A stretch of 64,000 nucleotides of DNA from Nitrospirota bacterium (GCA_963741205.1 CAVUHW010000008.1:64001-128000), one strand, 5' to 3'. Numbered from the stretch's first letter, positions 53,155 through 64,000 are shown. Notes: generated from the sequence alone by a model not told the origin. Numbers and translations: made by a program.

Positions 53155-53325
53155 ATGAAAATTCTGCACATCGTGAAGAAGGCGCCGGATGAAAGCACCA
53201 GGAAAATTATGGAGCTTCAGGCCTCCGGCAATGAAGTGAAGATCGTCGAACTGTACAAGGGCGGTGTTTCGTACGACAAGCTCATTGCGGATGTGTTCGC
53301 GTACGACAGGATATTCTGCTGGTAG
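53155..53325 (+). CDS. Short DsrH/TusB-like protein
   Basis: MKILHIVKK..SYDKLIADVFAYDRIFCW; AGGAG RBS. Confidence 0.72.
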   Translation: MKILHIVKKAPDESTRKIMELQASGNEVKIVELYKGGVSYDKLIADVFAYDRIFCW

Positions 53326-53461
53326 CTTGTGCGGCCGCGCGATCCTGCGTTGTCGGGGTTGCCGAAAAAACGAAAAACAAAAGGGGACTGCCGTGCAGGG
53401 CACGCGCGGTCCTTTTCATTTACCGTTATCCCAGCCCTTCTGCTTTATCTCCTGTCCCTGT

Positions 53462-53546
53462 TGTATCATATGCCACAGCGCGACATCTTCGTCTCCTGCC
53501 ATCCCGTTGATTTTTCTCGCCTTGCCCTTCTGGCAGCCGGATTGCA
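53462..53546 (+). promoter_or_regulatory. Candidate sigma54 promoter with an upstream TGT-N10-ACA site
   Basis: TGGCAG-CCGGA-TTGCA at 53531-53546 (GG-N10-GC); TGTatcatatgccACA at 53462-53477. Confidence 0.55.
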
Positions 53547-53610
53547 AAACAAGCGGCGTGTTCGGCAAGCGCTGATTCATCCTGGACGCACCAAACCGCG
53601 GAGGTTGACC

Positions 53611-54533
53611 ATGAATTGCCCTCATTGCACGACATCAAACGACACCGATGCGCTCTTCTGCGCCGAGTGCGGGAAGCGGCTCACCGACGGACCCGGGACG
53701 CCGGTCCGCGGTCAGCGCAGGCAGTATTTCCTCGCCCTCCTGTTCGTTCCGGTCATAATTCTCGCGGCCGCCATCGGCTACTACAAATTTATTCTGCCCG
53801 ACGGCATAGCAGCCGTCGTAAACGGCGAGAAGATTGCTCTGTCCGAGCTCGACGCAGCCGTTGCGCGCATGAAGGGCGCGGGCGGAGAGGCGCCCGCCGG
53901 GATGCGGTTTCAGGCGCTGAATGAATTGATCTCCGAGCGTCTTGCGCTCCAGGAGGCGGGCAGGGCGGGCATCGCGGTCTCGAAGGAAGAGACGGCCACG
54001 GCCGTTCGTAACGCGCAGGCGGCATCCGGCCTCGATGACGCGGCGTTTACCACGGAAATGAAGGCCCTTTACGGAAGCGCGCGGAATTTTGAAAAGGCCA
54101 TGGAGCGCAGCCTCATCATCAACAGGTTTCTCACGGAAAGGGTCATTCCGAGAGGCGCAGACCCAGGGACCGCGGCTCAGGCGGTAAATCGCTGGCTGCA
54201 GGACCTGTCGGGCAAGGCCTCGGTGCGGATAGCCCTGGCGGAAAACCTGTCGGGCCCGGGCTGCGGCTGCGGCGGGAAAAAAGGGGTCCGTCTGCCGAGG
54301 GCCGCGAAAGGCCTTATCGGGAATGCCAAGCGGGGAAAGGCCGGCCTGCGGCATCCGAAGGAACAAAGGCAGCGGAGGATGCAGGCCTTCGGTACTGGCA
54401 TGCGCAACACGGACAAGACACAGTCTCCGCGCGATTGCGGGATTTCGGGTGCCATGTCCAGGTTGATATTGTTCAGAACGAAAAGATCGTCGGCTCCCTC
54501 CGATACCAGGACGGCAACATTACAGAAATGTGA
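53611..54533 (+). CDS. Zn-ribbon + TM + SurA N-terminal-like protein with Cys motifs (frameshift near 54283)
   Basis: CPHC..FCAECG; AVVNGEKI..LNELI; GCGC; shifted C-terminus ...RDFGCHVQVDI..EM*. Confidence 0.65.
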
Positions 54534-54652
54534 TGAGCAAGGGAAAACAATTTCATTCAACGAAGAGTACGCGGAAATAAAAGAGAAGGAAAATATATAA
54601 GGAAAAATTGATAGCATGACAGTTTGAGATAAAGTAAAGAAGGAGATCGGAA

Positions 54653-55294
54653 ATGAGCACATGCGGCAAATGCGGAGCGGAAGCGAAGACAAGCGCGAAA
54701 TTCTGTCAAGCCTGCGGAGCGGGCATTTCCCCGGACAACGGAGCGCTGAAGGATAAAAAAGCGCGCGTGATGGAGCGGGAGCGGCCATGGAAAAAACCGC
54801 TGGCCGTCGTTGGGGCGATCGTTCTGGTGGTCGCCCTGGGATGGGCGGCAAAGGGCGCCTATATGACAAAAAAGATGGGCCAGCACCCGATGTTCCCCCC
54901 GCATCGTGAGGCGTCAACGAGGCTGGCGGATGCACCGGCTGTGAAGGACCAGGGCGGGAACGTCAGCGTCCCGCTCGCAACCCTCGAGGATGGCAAAGCC
55001 CATTTCTTCGCCTTTGCAGCGAGCGGGAAGACGATCACCTTTTTCATGATGAAGGCAAGTGACGGCAGCATCCGTACGGCCTTTGACGCCTGCATTGCCT
55101 GCAATCACGCGAAGCTGGGTTACCGGCCGGAGGGGGACCTCGTAGTCTGTAACAACTGCGGCATGGGTTTCAAACCGACGGAAATCGGCATGGAGACCGG
55201 CGGATGCAACCCCATCCCGGTCGACAAATCCATCGACGGACAGATGGTCGTGCTGAAGGCAAGGGATCTTGAGGCAGGGGCAAAGTACTTCTAG
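54653..55294 (+). CDS. Zn-ribbon + DUF2318 domain protein
   Basis: CGKC..FCQAC; TM helix; AFDACIAC, VCNNCG and GGCNPIP motifs. Confidence 0.85.
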   Translation: MSTCGKCGAEAKTSAKFCQACGAGISPDNGALKDKKARVMERERPWKKPLAVVGAIVLVVALGWAAKGAYMTKKMGQHPMFPPHREASTRLADAPAVKDQGGNVSVPLATLEDGKAHFFAFAASGKTITFFMMKASDGSIRTAFDACIACNHAKLGYRPEGDLVVCNNCGMGFKPTEIGMETGGCNPIPVDKSIDGQMVVLKARDLEAGAKYF

Positions 55295-55344
55295 CGTGGT
55301 GCATTTACGCTTCTTTAACTTATAATCAAATAATTTTCTTATGT

Positions 55345-55409
55345 CGTCATTCCCGCGAAAGCGGAAATCCATCTGATTAAATTGGATTCCGAGTCAAGCT
55401 CGGAATGAC
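55345..55409. repeat. REP-like doublet, family A
   Basis: cgtcattcccgcgaaagcggaaatcc ... ggattccgagtcaagctcggaatgac; close to 31164-31236. Confidence 0.8.
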
Positions 55410-55428
55410 AATAGAAGGAAAGGGATTT

Positions 55429-56591
55429 ATGAAGCTTCTCGATATCTCATTGAACAACCTGTTCCGGAAAAAAGGGCGCACCTTCTTTCTCGTGTCGGGC
55501 CTTGCAATCGGCATCGGCGCGGCAGTGGCCATGACCTCCGTCGGCGACGCCATGAACAGAGAGGTCATGCACGCGCTCGACGAATTCGGGGCGAACATCC
55601 TGGTACTCCCGGCTTCGGAAGGCCTGCCGCTCTCCTACGGAGGCCTCACGGTCTCGGCGGTGAGCGCCGGCGGGCGGGAACTGACCACGCTGACGTCGAA
55701 AAGATACGCGCCATCAAAAACAATCAGAACATCAGCACGATCGCGCCGAAACTGCTCGTGCAGACCGAGGTGAAGGGCACGAAGGTGCTTGTGGCGGGCG
55801 TGAATTTCAAGGCGGAGCAACGTCTCAAGAAATGGTGGCGCGTGGCAAAGGGAACAAGCCCGCAGGAAGGCGGCGAGGCGCTGATTGGAAAAGACGCAGC
55901 CTTCCGGCTTCGGCTCACGCCCGGAGACTCGATCTCCCTCGGCAGCGGCTTGCTCCGGGTGTCGGGCGTGCTCGACAATACAGGGTCGCAGGACGACGGA
56001 CTCATCTTCGCCGATATCGGCTGGGTCCAGCGGCAGTTCAGCAAGGGCAATGCCGTGAGCCTCATCGAACTGTCGGCCCTCTGCAGCGGGTGTCCCATCG
56101 AGGACATGGTGGCGCAGGTGAACAGCATACTGCCCGGCGCCCGCGCCGTGGCGGTGAAGGAAACCGTGGAGCTCAAGATGCAGGCCATGCACTATTTTCA
56201 CAAATTTTCGCTCGGCATCTCGGCCCTGCTTTTGATCGTTGCCGGGATGATCATCTTCTTCGCCATGACCGCATCGGTCAAGGAGCGGGTGCAGGAGATC
56301 GGACTGTTCCGGGCGATCGGGTTCCGGACCGGCCACATCATCCGGGTGCTTCTGACCGAGGCCTTCATCGTGAGCCTCATGGCCGGTGTCGCGGGATATG
56401 CCGTCGGCGTCATCAGCCCCCGTTTTGTCGCGCCCTATCTGATGAGCGCTTACAATCTGACCTTCGAGTTCGATCCCCTGCTGGCGTTCGGGGCCCTCGT
56501 TGCGTCCGTGGCCGTCGGCCTTTTGGCGAGCATCTACCCGGCGGTCCGAGCCGGCCGGCTCGATCCGGTTGAGGCATTGAAGACCTTATAG
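55429..56591 (+). CDS. MacB/FtsX-type ABC transporter permease (frameshift near 55690)
   Basis: GANILVLP, SVKERVQEIGLFRAIG and PAVRAGRLDPVEAL motifs; ALCSGCP. Confidence 0.85.
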
Positions 56592-56668
56592 ATTGGAAAT
56601 TGAAGATGGGAATCCCCGATCAGAGTCGAGGACAAGAGTGGAACAATAAAAATGAATTCGGTGAGCGC

Positions 56669-57336
56669 ATGTCATTTATAGAACTGAACAATGTTACAAA
56701 GACATTCCATGCCGGGGATGAAGAGTACGCCGCGCTCAAGGGCGTTTCGCTCGGCATCGAATCGGGCGAGTTCGTCGCCGTGATGGGGCCGTCGGGATCC
56801 GGCAAGAGCACGCTGCTCGCGCTCGTCGGGGGCTTAAGCAGGACGTCCTCGGGAGCGGTGAAGATCGACGATATCGACCTCGGCGGTCTCGGTCCGGACC
56901 GGCTGTCCGACTTCAGGCGCGAGTACCTCGGTTTCGTCTTCCAGTCCTTTTATCTCGTGCCCTATCTCACGGCAGTCGAGAACGTGATGCTGCCGCTCAC
57001 GATCCAGCCCGGCTTAAATGGGACGGCGAAGGGCATGGCGAGGGAGGCGTTGTCGAGGGTGGGCCTGGAGGCCAAGGCGGGACGGCTGCCGTCGCAGCTC
57101 TCAGGCGGAGAGCAGGAGCGGGTCGCTATCGCGCGGGCGATCGTGAACAGGCCCGCCGTCATCCTCGCGGACGAGCCGACCGGCAATCTGGACTCGCACA
57201 CCGGCAACAAGGTGCTCGACATGCTGGAGGGGCTGCACGGCGAGGGCCGCACGATCGTGATGGTCACGCACAGCGAGGAAAACGCGAAGCGGGCGGGGAG
57301 AGTTATCCGAGATACAGGGACGGCGAGGTTGAGTAG
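56669..57336 (+). CDS. ABC transporter ATPase (LolD/MacB-like; 3' end perturbed)
   Basis: GPSGSGKS, LSGGEQ, ADEPTGNLD and VTH motifs. Confidence 0.9.
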
Positions 57337-57423
57337 TTCGTTCTGGAGGCACGTCGCGGGAATGACACCCTATCATTATGTTGCTACTATTTTGAGACTG
57401 TTAATGATCCGCGGTAACAATAA

Positions 57424-58080
57424 TCAAAACTCGAATAAAAACCCGGCCAGATAGGCCGTGCCGCCGAGGTCCGCGGAGATATCGCTGATTTTAGCGCTGA
57501 TGTATTCGGCCTCAATGAATAAATAGGTGTGGATAATGCCGTAACCCATGTACATGTTGTTCGCCGCGTTCCGGTCCAGGCCGTCCAGCAGGAATTGCAG
57601 CCCGCCTCGCGCATGAAATCCGTTCACGGACCCCTTGACGCTTCCTTGTCCCTCTACCGTTTGCCGGTAGAATACTGACGTGATCCCTCCGCCCAGGTAC
57701 GGGACAACCACTTGATTTTCTTTTACGATGCCTCGGAAAAGAAGGAAAACATTGATCGGAAAAATTTCATAACGTACGCTTCCCGCAAACACCGGCTGCC
57801 CCGCCTGCTCGGAATGGAGCTTCGCAATGGCGCTGCCGGTTGCCTTGGATACGCCGCCTTCGACGCCGATCTCGATGCGCCTGCGGAGCTTGTATGCGAG
57901 CGATATCGCAAACTCGGGCATATCTTTCCTGCCGTAAAACTCCTGCCAGTTGGACTGGGAAGGCGCAAACCTGCCGCCCTTCAATTCGAACGACCAGTGG
58001 GGAAGGTCAAAGGGCGATTCCTCGGCAAAGGCAGCAGCCGGAGCCATGAAGAGTATCAGGAGCAGTAGGATTTTTCTCAA
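57424..58080 (-). CDS. Small outer-membrane beta-barrel protein (MXAN_2562-like)
   Basis: TTG start overlapping the upstream stop; signal peptide ending AFA; alternating beta strands; C-terminal FLFEF. Confidence 0.7.
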   Translation of the reverse strand: MRKILLLLILFMAPAAAFAEESPFDLPHWSFELKGGRFAPSQSNWQEFYGRKDMPEFAISLAYKLRRRIEIGVEGGVSKATGSAIAKLHSEQAGQPVFAGSVRYEIFPINVFLLFRGIVKENQVVVPYLGGGITSVFYRQTVEGQGSVKGSVNGFHARGGLQFLLDGLDRNAANNMYMGYGIIHTYLFIEAEYISAKISDISADLGGTAYLAGFLFEF

Positions 58081-59931
58081 CGGGGGCCTCCGGTGCGTAA
58101 CGACCGTCTCCGGTAGTACGCATACGGGATGATGCCGGCAACGGTCATCAGCAATCCGATGAGGACCGCGAACGGCGCCTCCGTCATGAAGAGCGAGACG
58201 CCCACAGCGGGAAGAAGAGCCGCTCTGACAAAAGGCTTGCAGCCCGGATGGGCGTTCAGCCATTCCGCGGCGACGGGACCGTTGGTGTAATACCAGGCGA
58301 CGAAGGCCCTGCCCGGCGTGTTGGTGAGCAGATACTGATCGCGGAAATTGCGGAGCGCCTGCACCTGGGGCGCCGAATAATGGCCGTAGGCCGCGGTTGC
58401 AATGAAGCATCCCACTCGTCTGTTCACGAGGTTCGGGTTCGTGATGAACTCATCGGGGAACTCGTGCTGGACTTCCGAAATGGCGCCCTCCGCAGCGGCG
58501 CCGGACCCGGCTTTTATTTCCTGGGAGTAGGCGCTTTCGTCCGCCTGACCGGGGACCAATTGGACCGTCGAGACCTCGCCTCTCGTATCGTAAGCGGTGA
58601 CGGCGACAAACAAGCCCGCCTGGGCGACCGCCGACACTGCCACGTAATAGGTCTGTCCGTTCGTCAACCCCGGCAAGGTGTAGGATGTCGCGTTATCGAC
58701 GACGACAAAAGTATCGGGGAGAAGCGTGGAAGCGTCGAAAGGGGTTGTGCCGTAGTAAATCTTATACTCCGTTACGCCGGCGTCGGACCAGCTGACGCCG
58801 AGGCTGCCGTTTTGTATCTGCAGCGGATTGAGTACGGGGGCGGCGGGAGGAGCGACATTCGCGCTGAGACCGCTCAATGTCTGGCTTGTCTCCGCCTGGC
58901 CGGCCACATTGATGGGAGAAGGACCCTCCGACGCGTCGTCGTCTGCCCGTGTAATTACCGCTGGACTTTCCATACCAAACGCGGTAGCCGGCGACCTGGT
59001 AATCGGCACTCGCGTTCCAACTGATCGTTATCGTGGACGTGTCAGTCTGCACGGCATTGACATTCGATACGGGAAAGGGGATCGCATCTTCATCCGGACC
59101 TCCATAGGCCCCGATGTCGCTCCGCGTGGCATCAACCTTATCAGTGATCGTGCTGGCTCCGTTGTCGATACAGGGTGAGCCTGCCTTCAGATGAAAATCC
59201 CGGTTGGCGGAATCGACAAAGAGCGGGTCAAGCAAAGTGACGAGTGTATTGGGGATAAAGTCCGTCCCTTTCGGGCCGTCGTTTACGTTTGAAAAAAAGG
59301 CGTTGCTGGTAATATTGTTTGCCGTAGTACTCACGGTCTGGTTTATGGGGAGCGAGTTGGTCGAAAATAGATTATTTGTGATACGTATAACACCCGCATC
59401 GCCCGATATGGCAAAGTTGTTCTGGAAAAAGGTGTTATTGATGATGGCTGTCGAAGGAGAGTTCTGTATCTGAATTGCCGTGCCGCCTGTTCCGACATTA
59501 AATACATTGTTCGTAATGTTCACCGCGGAGTTGTTCGAGACGCTCATCCCGATGGAGGCGTTGACGATGGTGAAATGCTGAAAATTGATGGTACTGGCCA
59601 CGTTGTCCGCCGTTACCACGGGTCCGCCCCCGCCGCCGGACAGGATGGTCCGGGCTGTCTCCCTGCCGCGCACGGAGATCTTCGGGAGTAATTTGATTTG
59701 CTCGCCATAGGTACCCGGTTCCACGAGGACGTTGTAGGCGACTGTTGTGTCGGTATTCGTGGTAATAATAATATTGGCCTGGTCTATGGCAGCCTGGATG
59801 GAAGAGAAGTGCGAGGGATCAGTCGGCTTTAGCTCGACGATAAGATCAACGGCGCCGGCTGTTGGCGGCATGACGACCACGAAGAGAACGACTGCCGCGG
59901 CCAGAAAAAGAACAGCTTTTCTTGAGTCCAT
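58077..59931 (-). CDS. Secreted beta-helix + FN3 protein with a CFI-box-CTERM domain (frameshift near 58945)
   Basis: Signal peptide, SIQAAID, Asn ladders, DFHLKAGSPCID, FN3 repeats; CFIATAAYG..LRNFRD..GRAFVAWYY..P, then TM helix and RRR. Confidence 0.8.
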
Positions 59932-60104
59932 AAATTACCCGCCTCCTGCTGAATTAGTAAAAAATACATGAATGCGGCATGAAAGTCAATCGAAAGGATG
60001 GGGCGGCCGTGTTGTATCGGCACTGTTAAAGAGGAACGAAGTGGAAGACGGCTACCTCCTCTTTTTCTCTGGATGTTTCCCCTCCAATCTGATATCTTAT
60101 CCGC

Positions 60105-61392
60105 ATGAAAAATCAAGCTGTCGCCTCCCGCAGTCCCTGGTCCTTCCTGCCCACGCTCTATTTCGCCGAAGGCCTGCCCTATGTGCTCATCAATACGGTC
60201 TCGGTCATCCTGTACAAGCGCATGGGGATCGACAACGCGCACATCGCCTTCTGGACGAGCTGGCTCTACCTTCCCTGGGTCATCAAGATGTTCTGGGGGC
60301 CGTTCGTTGACGTGTATTCGACCAAGCGGAAGATGGATCCTTGTCGACCCAGGCCGCGATGAGCCTGTGCATGTTCGTGGTCGCCTTCTCGCTCAGGACG
60401 GAATCGTTCTTCTTCCTGTCCCTTGCGGCATTCTTCGCAGGCGCTTTCATTTCCGCGACCTATGACATCGCCACGGACGGGTTCTACATGCTTGCGCTCT
60501 CGGAAAAGGACCAGGCGCTGTTCGTGGGACTTGCGGGCGGGTTTTTACCGGCTGGCGATGATCTTCGGCTCGGGATTTCTGGTGTATATCGCGGGCATGC
60601 TCGAAACATCGAGCAGGCGACATTGCCTGGAGCTGGTCAGCGGTCATGGTCGCCTCCGGGCTGATCTTCGCGAGGGCCGGCATGTATCACAAATTCATGC
60701 TGCCGTTCCCCGCGGCGGACGGCGGCGAATTCGGCGAAAGAGAAGAGACAGAGGGAGGCGTCATTCGGAGAGGTGATTCAGGTCCTACTTCCGGCAGGAA
60801 AAAATCGGGGTGACGCTCGCGTTCATCCTGTGCTACCGCCTGGGCGAGGCCATGCTTCTGAAACTGGTCTCGCCTTTTCTCCTGGATGCAAAAGCGCGGC
60901 GGGCTGGGGCTTACGACCAAAGAGGTGGGCCTTGTTTACGGGACCGTGGGTGTTATCTGTCTCGTCAGCGGCGGGATACTCGGGGGCTGGCTGATATCGC
61001 GGTTCGGTTTTAAACATTGCGTCTGGCCGATGGTGATTATCATGCATCTGCCGGACCTGTTTTTCGTGTACATGGCATATGCGCAGCCGGGCATCGGTCT
61101 CGTCTATCCGCTCGTGGCGCTGGAGCAGTTCGGCTACGGCCTGGGCTTCACCGTGTTCACCGTCTACCTCATGTATTCGGCGAACGGACGGTACAAGACG
61201 TCGCACTACGCCATCTCGACGGGCATCATGGCCCTCGGCATGATGCTGCCCGGGTTCGTGAGCGGCTGGGTCCAGCAGACCGTGGGGTACCGGACGTTTT
61301 TCATCATCGTCTGCTTCATGACGATCCCCGGCATGCTGACGATACCGTTTCTTCCGATAGGGTCTCGGGACGACGCGAAAATCGATGAGTAA
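60105..61392 (+). CDS. ampG: AmpG-family MFS muropeptide permease (several frameshifts)
   Basis: LYFAEGLP, LPWVIKMFWGPFVD, SATYDIATDG, YRLGE and EQFGYG motifs spread over several frames. Confidence 0.75.
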
Positions 61393-61429
61393 TACCCATC
61401 CCCGCGTCTCCCCATCTCCCCGCCGGCAT

Positions 61430-61675
61430 TTATTCTTTCCCAAATCCCGAAAGCACATAGCCGACGATGACGCCGAGGAGGGTCCCGATGGTCTCCCTGC
61501 CGAGCGTATTCATGATGCCGAGGACGAGCAGGAGCGGCAGGACAAAGGCGATCGTCAGGAACTGAATCAGCCTTGTGTTGATCCCCGCTTGCTGCTTGAT
61601 GATAAGAAAGAGCACCCCGCAGAGCCCTGCCGCCATGATGACGGCCCCGATCACGGCAATCCAGATCTGATACAT
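61430..61675 (-). CDS. Small membrane protein
   Basis: GGAGG RBS; 81 aa with about three hydrophobic segments. Confidence 0.6.
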   Translation of the reverse strand: MYQIWIAVIGAVIMAAGLCGVLFLIIKQQAGINTRLIQFLTIAFVLPLLLVLGIMNTLGRETIGTLLGVIVGYVLSGFGKE

Positions 61676-61941
61676 TGCGTTCCTCCAGACTTTACGAGAT
61701 TTTGCAGAACACTTTCCTGCCTTGCACAAGCCGCCATTATATGATACCGTGAAGGTCTTGTCAAAGGTTCTGTGACCGAGCGCAATACCGGCAGGACGGG
61801 CTGCGCTGGCAACTTTGTGGAAAAACGGGTACAATGATTAAGTGCGTACCGTCCGATTTCGTGCGTCCGTTATCAGGCATCAACGGAGTTGTACACCAAC
61901 ATGTTCCCGGAGTCATTCGCGCGATCGGGGGAGGGACTGGC

Positions 61942-62184
61942 ATGGGCGATAAACACGATCATTCACACCAACATCACGGGCACGGCCACCACGACAGCGG
62001 GCATGAGGGGCATGAGCACCACGGACTTGTGGAGGTGACACTTCTGCTTGAGGACGAGCATCTCGACGCCCTGGACGAGGTCGCCGCGGAGCTCACCGGG
62101 GACCTCAGGCAAAAATGGGACCGAGGCGCCGTTGTTCGGCTCGCGCTCTCCGAGTTTTTTTCGCGGAGAGGAAAGATCACGTAA
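61942..62184 (+). CDS. His-rich protein with a ribbon-helix-helix-like C-terminus
   Basis: GGAGG RBS; HDHSHQHHGHGHH; VEVTLLLEDE..RGAVVRLAL. Confidence 0.6.
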   Translation: MGDKHDHSHQHHGHGHHDSGHEGHEHHGLVEVTLLLEDEHLDALDEVAAELTGDLRQKWDRGAVVRLALSEFFSRRGKIT

Positions 62185-62307
62185 AGAGGACAGACGGGTA
62201 GATAGGCGAGACACGGAGACGATGGGGAGATTTCAATAGCGGTTTTTTCGTCCTCCGTCCCTGCGTCGCCCCGTCACCGTGTCGACGTTTTCTTATCGAG
62301 GTTAACT

Positions 62308-63227
62308 ATGGCCTACGCAGTGGGAACAAGCCATACCTTGTCGACATCCATGTGCACGGCGCGGATAAGTACGATACGCGAACGCGCCGGCAGGACGATA
62401 TCCTCCAGGTGGCCGGCATCCACGGCGGCGGGGGACCTCCGCGATTTTACCCACGGTGTATCCCGGCGACATCGAGCTCATGCGCGAGAACATGGCGGCC
62501 GTACGGCGGGCCATGTCCGCGCAGCGAGAGGGGGCCGCGATCCTCGGCGTGCACCTGGAAGGGCCCTTTCTGAACCCCGAGCGGGCGGGTTCGCTGGACG
62601 GAAAAAGCTTTTTCGATCCGTCGGTTGAGACCTTCACGCGGCTCGTCGAGGACTTCGAAGACATCATCAAGATCATCACCATTGCGCCCGAACTTCCGGG
62701 GGCGCTGCGGCTTGATCGAACTGAGCCGGGAAAGAGGGTTCCTGGTGCACATGGGCCACAGCGACGCGTCGTTTGAACAGGCCGAGGAGGGAAAGCGCGC
62801 CGGCGCCACGGGCATCACGCACCTGTTCAACGCCATGCGCGGCTTTCATCACCGCGAGCCCGGCCTTGCCGGGTTCGGTATCATGGACGAGGACATCTAC
62901 GTGGAGATCATCGCGGACCTGGCGCACCTGCACCCGCAGAGCCTTAAGATGATCTTCGACATGAAATCGCCGGACAAGATCATCCTGGTCTCGGACTCGG
63001 TCATGGGCCCGGGCTGGGGCGGCGGCCCCATGCGCGGAGCTGGCGGCGCCCTTCTGGGCAGCGGCATTGCCCTTGCCGATGCGATCAAGAACCTGGTCGC
63101 GCTCGGCGTCCCCCAGGAACGGGCAATGCGGTTCGCCTCGGACAACCCGATGAAGTACCTGGGATTGACAAAGGCTCGTCAAGCATCACATCCGATGTCA
63201 ACGATCGGACTGCATGGGCCACGGTAG
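62308..63227 (+). CDS. nagA: N-acetylglucosamine-6-phosphate deacetylase (several frameshifts)
   Basis: DIHVHG, HLEGPF, TIAPE, GHS, THLFNAM and VSD motifs spread over several frames. Confidence 0.8.
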
Positions 63228-63300
63228 CCGCGGTGGCATCATTGATTGGTCTCCTTTCTTTCGTGCCCTTGTGGCGGTGTTAATACGCAGTCGACATATC

Positions 63301-63947
63301 ATGAACCCATCGGTCTCATTATCTTCGACCTCGACGGCACCCTCGTGAATACGCTGGAGGACATCGCCGCTTCAGTGAATTATACGCTTCCGCAGCTCGG
63401 CAGGCCGCCGATTCCGGTTGATTCCGTCCGCCAGTATGTGGGCGACGGGATCGAGATGCTCATGACGCGTGCGCTGGATGGCAGGGACGAGTTTCTGCCG
63501 AGGCCGTCGGCATCTAAAGGTCCATCACCGCAGGAACCTCGTCGTCCGTTCCCGGCTCTATCCGTCGGTACCGAGAGATGCTCGAACATTTTCGCGCCCT
63601 ACCCATGGCCGTGATCAGCAACAAGACTACGGAGTTCGTTCAACCGCTGCTGGACGGCCTCGAGATTGTCAGCTATTTCCGCATTCCTCGGCGCGGATTC
63701 CGGCCTGCCGCTCAAGCCAGCGCCGGACGCAGTGCAGAAGATCATGCGGAGCTCAAGGCGCCGAAGACCGTACGGTGATAGTCGGTGACGGGACCACGGA
63801 CATGCGGGCCGGCAAGGCCGCCGGCGTCATCACCTGTTCCGTGACATACGGCTTCCGGTCCGAGGAAGAACTGCGGAAGGCGGGGCCGGATCAGTCATTC
63901 ACGAGCTGTCGGAATTGAAAAAGCTCTTCATGCCCGAGATACGATAA
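63301..63947 (+). CDS. HAD phosphatase, phosphoglycolate phosphatase family (several frameshifts)
   Basis: FDLDGTL, VISNK and VGDGTTD..AGKAAG motifs. Confidence 0.8.
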
Positions 63948-64000
63948 AACTGCTGGTTCCTTCCACGCCGCTGGAATTTGGCCTTTACTATTCCCGCCTG

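Noticed and set aside
53329-53610. N-terminal extension of ORF 53329..54600
   Set aside because: The GGAGG RBS with ATG at 53611 and the promoter-like elements indicate that this part is non-coding

Overview
Mostly GC-rich bacterial core chromosome. Gene order and protein style suggest a Nitrospirota- or deltaproteobacteria-like metagenome assembly (inference, not verified). Housekeeping blocks: argG-argH-FN3 lipoprotein-lysA-dapF-dapA-dapB-dsbC-FAH-dapL-folK; mreBCD-mrdA-rodA-radical SAM pair-rng; rho-rpmE-DUF1385-prfA-prmC-murA-hisD-hisG. Accessory blocks: a Phd/PIN toxin-antitoxin pair, a Tat-exported PaoABC-like molybdoenzyme, 2-oxoacid dehydrogenase E1/E2 genes, and a Rieske/cytochrome b6-like trio with no cytochrome c lying directly upstream of a tusA-yedE-dsrE-like sulfur-relay cluster. 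Further downstream are a probable sigma54-driven DUF2318/ABC operon, a CFI-box-CTERM surface protein coupled to an outer-membrane barrel, and ampG/nagA/HAD genes. Many intergenic gaps carry palindromic repeat elements of several families, some nested inside each other. A 28-codon ORF looks like the fusion scar of a deleted T2SS/T4P operon. At least 15 genes, some normally essential, have single-base frameshifts that become denser towards the 3' end; these are most likely sequencing errors. No rRNA, tRNA, CRISPR array or transposase was recognised.
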